A model generated the notes under the pieces. That model saw only the letters and a program-made list of their open reading frames with translations, did not search any database and was not told the DNA's origin. From a virus (Duplodnaviria; Caudoviricetes), in the IMG/VR virus record IMGVR_UViG_3300018070_000017, positions 1 to 24,086 of that record: DNA of 24,086 nucleotides, one strand, 5' to 3'. Every line of letters starts with the position of its first letter. Within the stretch, counting starts at the first letter, position 1. Below, piece after piece: positions 1 to 7,030 of the stretch. The position numbers were made by a program, and so were the translations under genes.

Positions 1-273
1 GAAGCTATCAAGGTTGAAATTGCTTCCCTTGTTAGGAACTTGACTGTGGCTTATAAGAGCGGCGATGTTACTACTCTCCCTGCTTGCCCTTCCTGGAAGT
101 ACGGCACAGTTGAACGGGATTCAGAGAAAAAAGAGTATTTTATCAAACTCCGATGCATCTTTGCAGAAGAGGGACTCTGTGACTGTGGTGATGAAGTTCG
201 TGCAGAGTGTGCGAGAAAGATGGCTAATCGTAGGGAAGTCAAAGGTAAGAAGTTTGATCCGGGATTGCTATGA
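1..273 (+). CDS. 3' end of a 5'-truncated protein with a C-terminal Cys cluster (possibly a PD-(D/E)XK/Cas4-like phage exonuclease tail)
   Basis: Frame 1 is open from base 1 (EAIKVEIASLVRNLTVAYKSG...) to TGA 271-273. It contains PACPSW...CIF...LCDC. The family guess is weak inference. Confidence 0.55.
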   Translation, partial: EAIKVEIASLVRNLTVAYKSGDVTTLPACPSWKYGTVERDSEKKEYFIKLRCIFAEEGLCDCGDEVRAECARKMANRREVKGKKFDPGLL

Positions 274-422
274 TTGAAGAAACATACCAGTATAAGTTCT
301 CTTGCCCTTATTGTGGCATTGAGTGGGAGACACCTAACCCTCAAGTTGGGGCTTATTGCCCCATCTGCTTGGATCATGGAAATCCTCATCCTCTTGATGG
401 CCCTGAGTGGCAGCACATGTAA
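270..422 (+). CDS. 50-aa zinc-ribbon protein (not in ORF track)
   Basis: Manual translation MIEETYQYKFSCPYCGIEWETPNPQVGAYCPICLDHGNPHPLDGPEWQHM. Two CPxC motifs. ATGA overlap with the upstream stop. Confidence 0.75.
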   Translation: MIEETYQYKFSCPYCGIEWETPNPQVGAYCPICLDHGNPHPLDGPEWQHM

Positions 423-434
423 GTAAACTAGCTA

Positions 435-547
435 GTTGGGAGCGTTATAGGCGTCAATACGACTATGTGCAATATGAGGCAACAGCAGAGAAATACTCTG
501 AGCCGTAGAACGAGAGACTAATTGGTGAAACTCCATACCCCAACCCA
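435..547 (+). ncRNA. candidate tRNA-like structured RNA
   Basis: Lies in the only sizeable gap of the + block. GTTGGG(435-440) pairs with CCCAAC(539-544), followed by CCA. T-arm-like TGG-TGAAACT-CCA at 523-535. Internal stems present. No canonical anticodon arm found. Confidence 0.4.
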
Positions 548-564
548 ATTTCTAAGGAGAAACT

Positions 565-729
565 ATGAAGAAAAATTCACAATATCTTTGGGTAGTTGAA
601 TTTCTGTGTGGAGGTACCTGGGTAGCTAATGTTGAAGCATATGGAACTAGGAAAGAAGCTAGGCAGAACTGTAACCCACTTTGGGACGAACGAGTAAAAA
701 AATATGTAGTGTCAAATGCCAAATGCTAA
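565..729 (+). CDS. 54-aa hypothetical protein (not in ORF track)
   Basis: Strong RBS AAGGAGA before ATG 565. Translation MKKNSQYLWVVEFLCGGTWVANVEAYGTRKEARQNC...NAKC. Overlaps the next start. Confidence 0.7.
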   Translation: MKKNSQYLWVVEFLCGGTWVANVEAYGTRKEARQNCNPLWDERVKKYVVSNAKC

Positions 730-1060
730 TTACATACGTGGAGCTGCACTAGAGCGTAAGATCAAAAAATTCTATGAGGAGAAAGGCTGCCTTGCATCCC
801 GTTCTGCCGGTTCTCATGGCATGATAGATGTGTGGGCGACAGACTTCAAGACTCTGTTCCTTGTGCAATGCAAGATCGGGGCTACCAATAGTGCAGCCCT
901 ATCTCTTCTAAAGGAACTGATAGATGCATGTAATAGTCTGTGTCCTTCTCCTTCTATACCTGTGGCTCTTTCGATAGTGCAGGGATTTAAGGATGACAAG
1001 CCAATAGTGCTTGCAAGTAAGGTACTTAATGACAAGAGAACAAAAAGCAAGAAGTCTTAA
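716..1060 (+). CDS. Holliday junction resolvase, Hjc-type PD-(D/E)XK nuclease
   Basis: NYIRGAALERKI...G...RSAGSHGMIDVWA...LVQCK matches the Hjc pattern G-x2-x-ER / RSAGS / D / QxK. Confidence 0.8.
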   Translation: MPNANYIRGAALERKIKKFYEEKGCLASRSAGSHGMIDVWATDFKTLFLVQCKIGATNSAALSLLKELIDACNSLCPSPSIPVALSIVQGFKDDKPIVLASKVLNDKRTKSKKS

Positions 1061-1379
1061 ACAAGAAATCTTCCAATTCCTGATTTCTGTTGATGCTCCA
1101 AATTGGTCATTACACCTATCAACAAAGACTATGGAAGACGGAACTGATTTCGCTGAAGTAAACCTTGGAACACAGAGGCTGAATATCAACCCCACCAAGA
1201 CAGTAAAAGAAATGGTTTTATCCCTTGTGCATGAAATGCTGCACATTATCAACCCAAACACAAGAGAGGCCACAATTTTAAGGTGGGAGGAAGAAATCAT
1301 GAAGGATATTTCTGCACTTGAGATTGCAACTCTTCTTCGTGCTGTGTTTACAACACTAAAGGGGGTGTGGGATGACTGA
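1029..1379 (+). CDS. small HExxH zinc-metallopeptidase-like protein
   Basis: SLVHEMLHII motif with downstream Glu residues. Start moved to ATG 1029, which has TAAGG upstream. Confidence 0.6.
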   Translation: MTREQKARSLKQEIFQFLISVDAPNWSLHLSTKTMEDGTDFAEVNLGTQRLNINPTKTVKEMVLSLVHEMLHIINPNTREATILRWEEEIMKDISALEIATLLRAVFTTLKGVWDD

Positions 1380-1506
1380 ACTGTACATGGTTTTAGCTTG
1401 CATTATTTGCTCACTGCTTGGGTACACTGCTGGCAGAATTGATGAGCATCACTGGCAGGACAAGGTTAGACGAACAAGCAAAAGAATTTTTAGTGGGAGA
1501 AACTAA
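1372..1506 (+). CDS. 44-aa single-TM membrane peptide (not in ORF track)
   Basis: MTELYMVLACIICSLLGYTAGRIDEHHWQDKVRRTSKRIFSGRN. Hydrophobic N-terminus, basic tail, overlaps the upstream stop. Confidence 0.6.
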   Translation: MTELYMVLACIICSLLGYTAGRIDEHHWQDKVRRTSKRIFSGRN

Positions 1507-1668
1507 ATGTCAATAAAATACTTCTGTGATATTTGCGGTGAAGAAACAAGATACTGTCATTATATAAAACTGGAGAATGAGCATAAAATTCTGTGTTTAA
1601 ACTGTAATAGTAAGATTCTTGATTTATTTGAGCATGGCCAGGGTAATTGTCATACAGAGGGAAACTAA
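1507..1668 (+). CDS. 53-aa zinc-finger protein (not in ORF track)
   Basis: MSIKYFCDICGEE...ILCLNCNSKILDLFE... with CxxC...CxxC. RBS GGGAGA upstream. TAATG coupling to the next gene. Confidence 0.75.
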   Translation: MSIKYFCDICGEETRYCHYIKLENEHKILCLNCNSKILDLFEHGQGNCHTEGN

Positions 1669-2480
1669 TGTCAGGCATAAGAGCACACATGCAAAAAGAA
1701 TTAGATATTTTATCATCTGAAGCAATGCCAGTGTTTCATTTTGATCTGAAGTGCAAGGGCAAGTTCATTCGCCTTGTACCTCTTGGAGATATTCACTATG
1801 GACACCGTGCTTGCATGGTTGATAAAGTGAAGAAGTTTATTAAGTATGTTGCAGAAACACCAGACACATTTACAATTCTTATGGGTGATTTGATGGAGAA
1901 TGTTCTTCCTGATACAACCAATGTTCATCGTGGTTCTATGTGGGAGCAGTCAATTCACCCTTCAGAACAGTATGATGGGTTAGTGAAGATGCTTAAACTA
2001 CTTGCTGACAAGAAAAAGATTCTTTTTGGTCTTGGCGGGACACATAGCATTCGTAGCTGGTATGCAACTGAGTTTGACCCAGAGGAGCAGCTTGCTAAAG
2101 ACCTTGGGTACCAGTACGCCCACCTTGATGGCCTTGCGATATTAAAGGTTGGCAATTTTTCTTATAAAGTTCATGCTGTCCACGGGACTGGTTCAACTGG
2201 TGATCCTGCTGCTGTCCTTCGTAAAATCTTGTCTCAACCCAAGCGCATTGGGGAAGCAGACATTTACTTGCGAGGGCATCATCACAGCAAGGTTGCAGCA
2301 ACAGATTATAGGTTCAGTGTTGCTACTGGAATGGCAGAGAAAGCGCTATATGTTGGAACAGGGTCTTTTCTTGGGTACACCAACACGTATGCTCATCGTG
2401 CAGGGTACTCTCCGGCAGTTCCTGGGGCGGTGAAGTTAAAGCTATACAAAGAAGAGAAAGATATTTATGTCACGGTCTGA
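1668..2480 (+). CDS. calcineurin-like metallophosphoesterase
   Basis: Motifs GDIHYG, MGDLMEN, GGTH (where GNH is expected), HGTG and GHHH in canonical order. Start 1668 set by the TAATG overlap and RBS GAGGG. Confidence 0.85.
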   Translation: MSGIRAHMQKELDILSSEAMPVFHFDLKCKGKFIRLVPLGDIHYGHRACMVDKVKKFIKYVAETPDTFTILMGDLMENVLPDTTNVHRGSMWEQSIHPSEQYDGLVKMLKLLADKKKILFGLGGTHSIRSWYATEFDPEEQLAKDLGYQYAHLDGLAILKVGNFSYKVHAVHGTGSTGDPAAVLRKILSQPKRIGEADIYLRGHHHSKVAATDYRFSVATGMAEKALYVGTGSFLGYTNTYAHRAGYSPAVPGAVKLKLYKEEKDIYVTV

Positions 2481-2565
2481 AATATCTAATATGTTCTTTT
2501 TCGTTTTTCTTGCAGTAGCACTTCTTGCCGTGGTTCTTGGGCCTTGTGGGTTTAAAGTGATATAA
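2467..2565 (+). CDS. 32-aa hydrophobic membrane peptide (not in ORF track)
   Basis: MSRSEISNMFFFVFLAVALLAVVLGPCGFKVI fills the gap between two genes. Its stop abuts the next RBS. Confidence 0.45.
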   Translation: MSRSEISNMFFFVFLAVALLAVVLGPCGFKVI

Positions 2566-2575
2566 GGAGTATAAC

Positions 2576-2938
2576 ATGAATGAAATTCCTGATGGAGTAT
2601 TTGGAAAAATTGGTGCAATGTGGGACACGCTGGGATACAATCCTATTTTTGTGTACCGGCTTCTCGAACGTGGATTCTCAATGGAAGAAATTGACTCTTC
2701 CATGAGGAGACTCATAGGAGAAAATTGGGCAGAAATGAAAGCAGGAAACTGGTGTGACATTCTTGCTTGTCGAGGGTGCATTCCTATGCAAGTATCCTTG
2801 GATACAGATTCTCCTCCAGTAATTGACATTCTTACTGCTGTGATTTCTCTTGACCTTGAGCAAGCATACATGGAAGAACACGAAGATGAACTTGACTACC
2901 CTGATGAAGATACACCTTACTCGGAGGGAAATGCATGA
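2576..2938 (+). CDS. hypothetical protein with acidic C-terminus
   Basis: RBS AAGGAG, 120-aa ORF in the operon direction, CxxC (CRGC), tail EEHEDELDYPDED. Confidence 0.7.
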   Translation: MNEIPDGVFGKIGAMWDTLGYNPIFVYRLLERGFSMEEIDSSMRRLIGENWAEMKAGNWCDILACRGCIPMQVSLDTDSPPVIDILTAVISLDLEQAYMEEHEDELDYPDEDTPYSEGNA

Positions 2939-3027
2939 TTCCTGTCTACTGTTTTGATTGTAAATTTTATCTAAATAAACCTGAAAAGGGAGCACTGTGT
3001 AGAAAAATTTTGGGGTGGTTTAGATGA
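2935..3027 (+). CDS. 30-aa Cys-containing peptide (not in ORF track)
   Basis: MIPVYCFDCKFYLNKPEKGALCRKILGWFR. RBS GGAGGG upstream. ATGA overlaps at both ends. Confidence 0.55.
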   Translation: MIPVYCFDCKFYLNKPEKGALCRKILGWFR

Positions 3028-3497
3028 AAGACAATAAAGACGAAGCAATCGAGCATATCATCCTGATGGAAGTTGGACCAAAGGGATTGCAAACTGGTGC
3101 CCCTCACACTGACCCTGATGATCCGGGGGGATTCACAATCTGGGGACTCTCAAAGAGAGCGCATCCTTGGATCACAGAACGAACAACGTTGGCAGAGGCA
3201 GTAGATGTATATGACAAGGTGTATTGGAGGGCAATAAAAGCAGATGATCTCCCTTCTGGAATTGATTTTATCGCTGCTGATTTTGCAGTTAATGCAGGTG
3301 CTTCAGCCTGTAACAGACTGCTTGAAACATTGCCTAAGATTCATCCAACAGTTGATGATTTCGTGGCAGAGCGTGATTGCTTCTACGCGGATTTAGTCCA
3401 CAGGAAACCATCACTTGTGAAGTTCTTGAAGGGCTGGCAAACAAGAACAAGGCAAGTTACACAAATTGCAAAACAGTTGGAGAGAAAAAAATGCTAG
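3024..3497 (+). CDS. glycoside hydrolase family 108 lysozyme (endolysin) with C-terminal peptidoglycan-binding segment
   Basis: E(VG)...DPDDPGGFTIWGLS, Y...YW...DDLPSGI...DFAVNAG and KFLKGWQTR are GH108 / PG_binding_3 hallmarks. Confidence 0.88.
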   Translation: MKDNKDEAIEHIILMEVGPKGLQTGAPHTDPDDPGGFTIWGLSKRAHPWITERTTLAEAVDVYDKVYWRAIKADDLPSGIDFIAADFAVNAGASACNRLLETLPKIHPTVDDFVAERDCFYADLVHRKPSLVKFLKGWQTRTRQVTQIAKQLERKKC

Positions 3498-3787
3498 GCT
3501 ATGAGGAACTTGGTCAAGAAGTAGGGAAGCTAGTAGAAATGAAGCAGCAAGCCTACGGAAATTCTTTTGGGAAAGCAGGGGCAGTTATGTCTCTGCTATA
3601 CCCTGAAGGAGTTTCTCTTGACCAGATGCAGGACGCACTTTGTATGGTTCGTATCATTGACAAGATGTTTCGTATTGCAACCCATAAGGATGCATTTGGT
3701 GAGTCCCCTTATAGGGACATAGCTGGATATGCATTACTTGGCATAAGACGATCAGAGCAAGATAAAGAGGAGGAACTTCCGTTTTGA
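3491..3787 (+). CDS. all-alpha protein of the phage nucleotide-modification-associated (DUF1599/DUF6378-like) type
   Basis: KQQAYGNSF...RIIDKMFRIA...ESPYRDIAGYALLG pattern. Start reassigned to ATG 3491 (RBS GGAGAG, overlap with the lysin stop). Confidence 0.6.
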   Translation: MLGYEELGQEVGKLVEMKQQAYGNSFGKAGAVMSLLYPEGVSLDQMQDALCMVRIIDKMFRIATHKDAFGESPYRDIAGYALLGIRRSEQDKEEELPF

Positions 3788-4248
3788 AAAAGCTAGTCTA
3801 CTTTATTCTGTTGGCTGTTCTTAATACACTCCTGTTTGCATATTGGGGTATGTATAACTACAACCGGGGCTTTGATGCTGGGATGAAGCAGGCGGTTATA
3901 CAGCAAAAAGAGGAAGCAGTTCAAATTGTTACTTCACGTATTACTTACTGTGAGAGCAGAAATATACATGACAGGACAAGCAATAAAGGCGCATATGGGC
4001 GTGCTCAGTTCATGAAGCCAACATTCAATTGGATGAAAAATCTTGCAAAACATCCAGAACTTGAGTGGAGAAATGAAAAAGATCAGATGTGGCTTTTGGA
4101 CTGGGCAGTAAGAAATGGATATGGATCGCACTGGCAGACATGCTATAGGCAAGCTGTACGGCACTATGTTAACTTGATTCCGCAGCAAACATTCTTGATG
4201 AGTAAAGCGTCAATGAAAGCAAATGGACTGCTTGCTTCAATACTGTAG
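3784..4248 (+). CDS. N-terminally membrane-anchored lysozyme-fold / lytic transglycosylase-like protein
   Basis: MKK plus a ~20-aa hydrophobic helix, then CES (putative catalytic Glu), GAYGRAQFMKPTF (G-x-x-Q-F) and GYGSHW. TTG start overlaps the upstream stop. Confidence 0.65.
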   Translation: MKKLVYFILLAVLNTLLFAYWGMYNYNRGFDAGMKQAVIQQKEEAVQIVTSRITYCESRNIHDRTSNKGAYGRAQFMKPTFNWMKNLAKHPELEWRNEKDQMWLLDWAVRNGYGSHWQTCYRQAVRHYVNLIPQQTFLMSKASMKANGLLASIL

Positions 4249-4258
4249 GGGAACTAAA

Positions 4259-4639
4259 ATGAGAAAATTATACGTTGCAGCTTCATTTCTTGACAAAGAA
4301 ATTGTTAAGACTACAGAAGCCTTTCTGCAAAAAGAAGGGTTTGAAATTACATCTGAATGGGTTAATCACCCAGGAACTGATGACTTGACAGACCTAGAGT
4401 GTGAAGCAGAAGAAGATGTTGCTGATGCCATACTTTGTGATACAATGATTGTCTTGATGCCAGGAAGACTTGGAACTCATGTTGAAATTGGTATTGCCCT
4501 TGGACTTGGGAAGACCGTGGTGCTGGTTGGGGAAGTAGACCAGACAAAGTGTGTCTATTATAATCACCCCAATGTCTGGGTCTGTGGGGATATCAAGGTT
4601 GCTTCTAATCTACTTGGAAATCTTGATAAGTGGGAATAG
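4259..4639 (+). CDS. nucleoside 2-deoxyribosyltransferase / nucleotide N-hydrolase-like protein
   Basis: KLYVAASF, EDVADAILCDTMIV and GTHVEIGIALGLGKTVVLVG (G-T-x-x-E-x-G-x-A signature). Start 4259 follows RBS AGGGG. Confidence 0.8.
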   Translation: MRKLYVAASFLDKEIVKTTEAFLQKEGFEITSEWVNHPGTDDLTDLECEAEEDVADAILCDTMIVLMPGRLGTHVEIGIALGLGKTVVLVGEVDQTKCVYYNHPNVWVCGDIKVASNLLGNLDKWE

Positions 4640-4640
4640 A

Positions 4641-4799
4641 ATGAAAATCCTCGATCCAATTACAGAATTTGATGAGGCGATGGCATGGGTTGAGGGGATG
4701 CTCACGCACCCCTTCAGCCCTTATTCTTCGCAAGAAATTGCTGATCTGTCGAGTAATCCAAGAGGGCTATTTAAGGATACTCCTGATCTTCAACCATGA
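4641..4799 (+). CDS. 52-aa hypothetical protein, last gene of the + block
   Basis: ATG 1 nt after the preceding stop, MKILDPITEFDEAMAWVEG... Its 3' end overlaps the convergent holin by 33 nt. Confidence 0.45.
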   Translation: MKILDPITEFDEAMAWVEGMLTHPFSPYSSQEIADLSSNPRGLFKDTPDLQP

Positions 4800-5213
4800 A
4801 TCTACTGCTTTTGGCAAATCTTGACTAATTGTTCTTACTCCAAAATAGAACCCTATGATTGTCCATATTATGTTAGCAACTACGGGGTTCATCATTGCAA
4901 GGGATGCAGGTGTGGCTAACAACCCAGATAGTTCACCAAATGCCCACAGAGCAAAAAGTGGCCTGGGAAGTCTATTCAACCCGTCAATCAATCTATTGAA
5001 CCAGTCTGTGCTCTCTGCCGTTGGATCAAAAGTACGTGCAGAAGCCTGAGAATCATCTCCTACTTTCACATCCTCAACTTCCATCTTGTGTTTTGTAACT
5101 TCACCAGGGTTGTAGTTGTCAGCAATGTCTGCTATTGTTTCAACAGTACTTTTCCCTGATTTTGATCCACTAAACAACCCCGTAACTGCACTCCATGCCG
5201 TAGCTAACCACAT
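4767..5213 (-). CDS. holin, GTA-type 3TM holin family
   Basis: WFNRLIDGLNRLPRPLFALW...IIWTIIGFYFGVRT has the RP and FYFGxR signature. Last gene of the late operon. Confidence 0.8.
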   Translation of the reverse strand: MWLATAWSAVTGLFSGSKSGKSTVETIADIADNYNPGEVTKHKMEVEDVKVGDDSQASARTFDPTAESTDWFNRLIDGLNRLPRPLFALWAFGELSGLLATPASLAMMNPVVANIIWTIIGFYFGVRTISQDLPKAVDSWLKIRSILK

Positions 5214-5222
5214 ACTTACTCC

Positions 5223-5414
5223 TTATTTCCCTAGCAAAATATCAAGTTTCTTATCCATTGAATGCAGTTGTGTTCCTAGTGCTTCAACTGACTCCTTAGA
5301 TGCTTTCTGGTTGATATCATCTTTCAACCCAGAGTACACAATTCCCACCAGTCCAATGATTATGGTGAAAACCACCCCCGCTGCCCATAGTGTTACAGTA
5401 ACTCGATTTTTCAT
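5223..5414 (-). CDS. small single-TM plus coiled-coil protein, probably lysis-associated
   Basis: Hydrophobic residues ~5-28, then an amphipathic helix ending MDKKLDILL. Directly upstream of the holin. ATGA overlap with the previous gene. Confidence 0.7.
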   Translation of the reverse strand: MKNRVTVTLWAAGVVFTIIIGLVGIVYSGLKDDINQKASKESVEALGTQLHSMDKKLDILLGK

Positions 5415-7030
5415 TCTGCACCACCCCGTAAGACAGACTGTAATTGTTTATTAATGGATAACAATTTGTCATACGTTTTATTTTTATAGGCCACAGACAT
5501 TGTGCCATTGACTATCTCGTCCATCATTGCATATTTTCCATACTGTTTTACACCAGCAGCTACGTCTGGAAGGACCGAAGAGTCACCGTTTGCTAGTGCT
5601 TGTATAACCTCTTCTTTTGTGAACCGCCCTATTTTTGTGCTTTGTGGCATTGGGGGTCTAGCCATTTCAGCTTTCCATGCAGGACTTCTACCCATGTCTT
5701 TTGGATTTGCCTCTATTGGAGAAATACTATACTTGGGCACTCCAAACATTTCTTCTAAGTTATGGTACGGGCTTACCTCATGGGGGATATTTCTTTCAAA
5801 GTTAGGTCTTGATCTCTGTCCAGCATTTATGTACTCAAGAGCATTAGCACCTTTTTGCTGCAATCCAGAGAACAACCTAGTACGAAGAGGCTGCTCTTGC
5901 ATCTTTTCTGCACCAGCTTGAACGTATGGTCTAGCTTGCAGAAGTTTACTTAGCTCCTCATTTTTTGGTCCAATCTCCGGTGCAACTTCCTCCAAACCAG
6001 TTTTCAATCCACTTCCAAGGCTCTTTTTAGCCTCTGTAACAGGTCTATAGGTGTTTCCCTCCCAAGCTGTTCCTTTCAAGGTCTTATACACGAATTTCTT
6101 TAAATCCTGTGCTTTTTGTGGGGTAATAGTTTTTCTAGGGTTCATTGCCCTGAAATCTTCAGCATACTTCAGTGTTTTTTGCAGATACTCCGGCATATCA
6201 GATACATCTGAGTAAGATGATGCAAGCCTGTCAACTGGTTTCAGAATATCATCAATTTTCAACATTTTACCAGATTTTGCAGCATCTTCTATTGCACTGT
6301 CTATATCACCACTGATATTAGAGATACCCTGTTCAACCCTCTCTGGAGCTGTTCCTCCAACAATGTCCATCTTACCTTTTCCGATAGTTTCTATTGCACT
6401 CTTAGCTTCAGTAGGGTTCTTCATTGATGGTTTAACTATGCGTTTAGTAAGAAAATTACGGCCTTTTGCAGACACTGTAGTCTCTGGGTTAAATGTCTTT
6501 TCTAAGCCCTCAAATGGCCTACCAGTAAGTGCCTGTGATCCAGCTTTCATGAGGAGTGCGTCAAGCATTCCGCCCGTCGCGCCCTGGATTGCTTCTTCTG
6601 GCAACTGTGAAGGGGTCTGACTTTCATCGGCATTGGGAAGTAGCATCTTGGTCAGGAGGCTTTGTGCTCCTCTGCCAACAACTCTGCCAGCAGCAGCACC
6701 GGCAGGAATTGTCAATGCTGCTGAAGGTTGTGCTCCTGGTGCAAGCATAGGCACCATTCCAGCAGCAGTTCCTACAGCTTGACCCAACTCAGGGAGCTTA
6801 TTGACCCCCTGTATAGCTGTCTGTTTCCATGCAGGTATGACAGACCCTTGACTAAGGGGAGCAACAGTTTCCCCTACCTTTAATTTCCCTGGATGGTAAT
6901 TAGGTATTTCAGGTTGTTTACTTTGACCAGACAAATGCTGAATAATCTCGTCGTCAGAGAATCCGGAATCTTGTGCCATCTGATACTGCTTCTTTTCCTC
7001 TGGTGTTAGGTCTAACTGTGAGATATCCAT
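5411..7030 (-). CDS. putative internal virion / DNA ejection protein (539 aa)
   Basis: N-terminal GFSDDEIIQHL motif, Gly/Ala-rich hydrophobic segments, helical body. Positioned after the tail genes. Function inferred from gene order. Confidence 0.6.
   Translation of the reverse strand: MDISQLDLTPEEKKQYQMAQDSGFSDDEIIQHLSGQSKQPEIPNYHPGKLKVGETVAPLSQGSVIPAWKQTAIQGVNKLPELGQAVGTAAGMVPMLAPGAQPSAALTIPAGAAAGRVVGRGAQSLLTKMLLPNADESQTPSQLPEEAIQGATGGMLDALLMKAGSQALTGRPFEGLEKTFNPETTVSAKGRNFLTKRIVKPSMKNPTEAKSAIETIGKGKMDIVGGTAPERVEQGISNISGDIDSAIEDAAKSGKMLKIDDILKPVDRLASSYSDVSDMPEYLQKTLKYAEDFRAMNPRKTITPQKAQDLKKFVYKTLKGTAWEGNTYRPVTEAKKSLGSGLKTGLEEVAPEIGPKNEELSKLLQARPYVQAGAEKMQEQPLRTRLFSGLQQKGANALEYINAGQRSRPNFERNIPHEVSPYHNLEEMFGVPKYSISPIEANPKDMGRSPAWKAEMARPPMPQSTKIGRFTKEEVIQALANGDSSVLPDVAAGVKQYGKYAMMDEIVNGTMSVAYKNKTYDKLLSINKQLQSVLRGGAE

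Noticed and set aside
435-547. Canonical tRNA or tmRNA call
   Set aside because: No standard D or anticodon arm, weak T-stem, and far too short for a tmRNA. Kept only as a tRNA-like candidate.
2467-2565. o-spanin lipoprotein (LGPC)
   Set aside because: Pro at -1 does not fit a lipobox and only five residues follow the Cys.
3377-3490. Longer start for the 3377..3787 ORF, and similarly the track starts at 1011, 1647, 4223, 4551, 17308 and 20356
   Set aside because: These extensions overlap upstream genes or leaders. Downstream ATGs have better RBSs or stop/start coupling.
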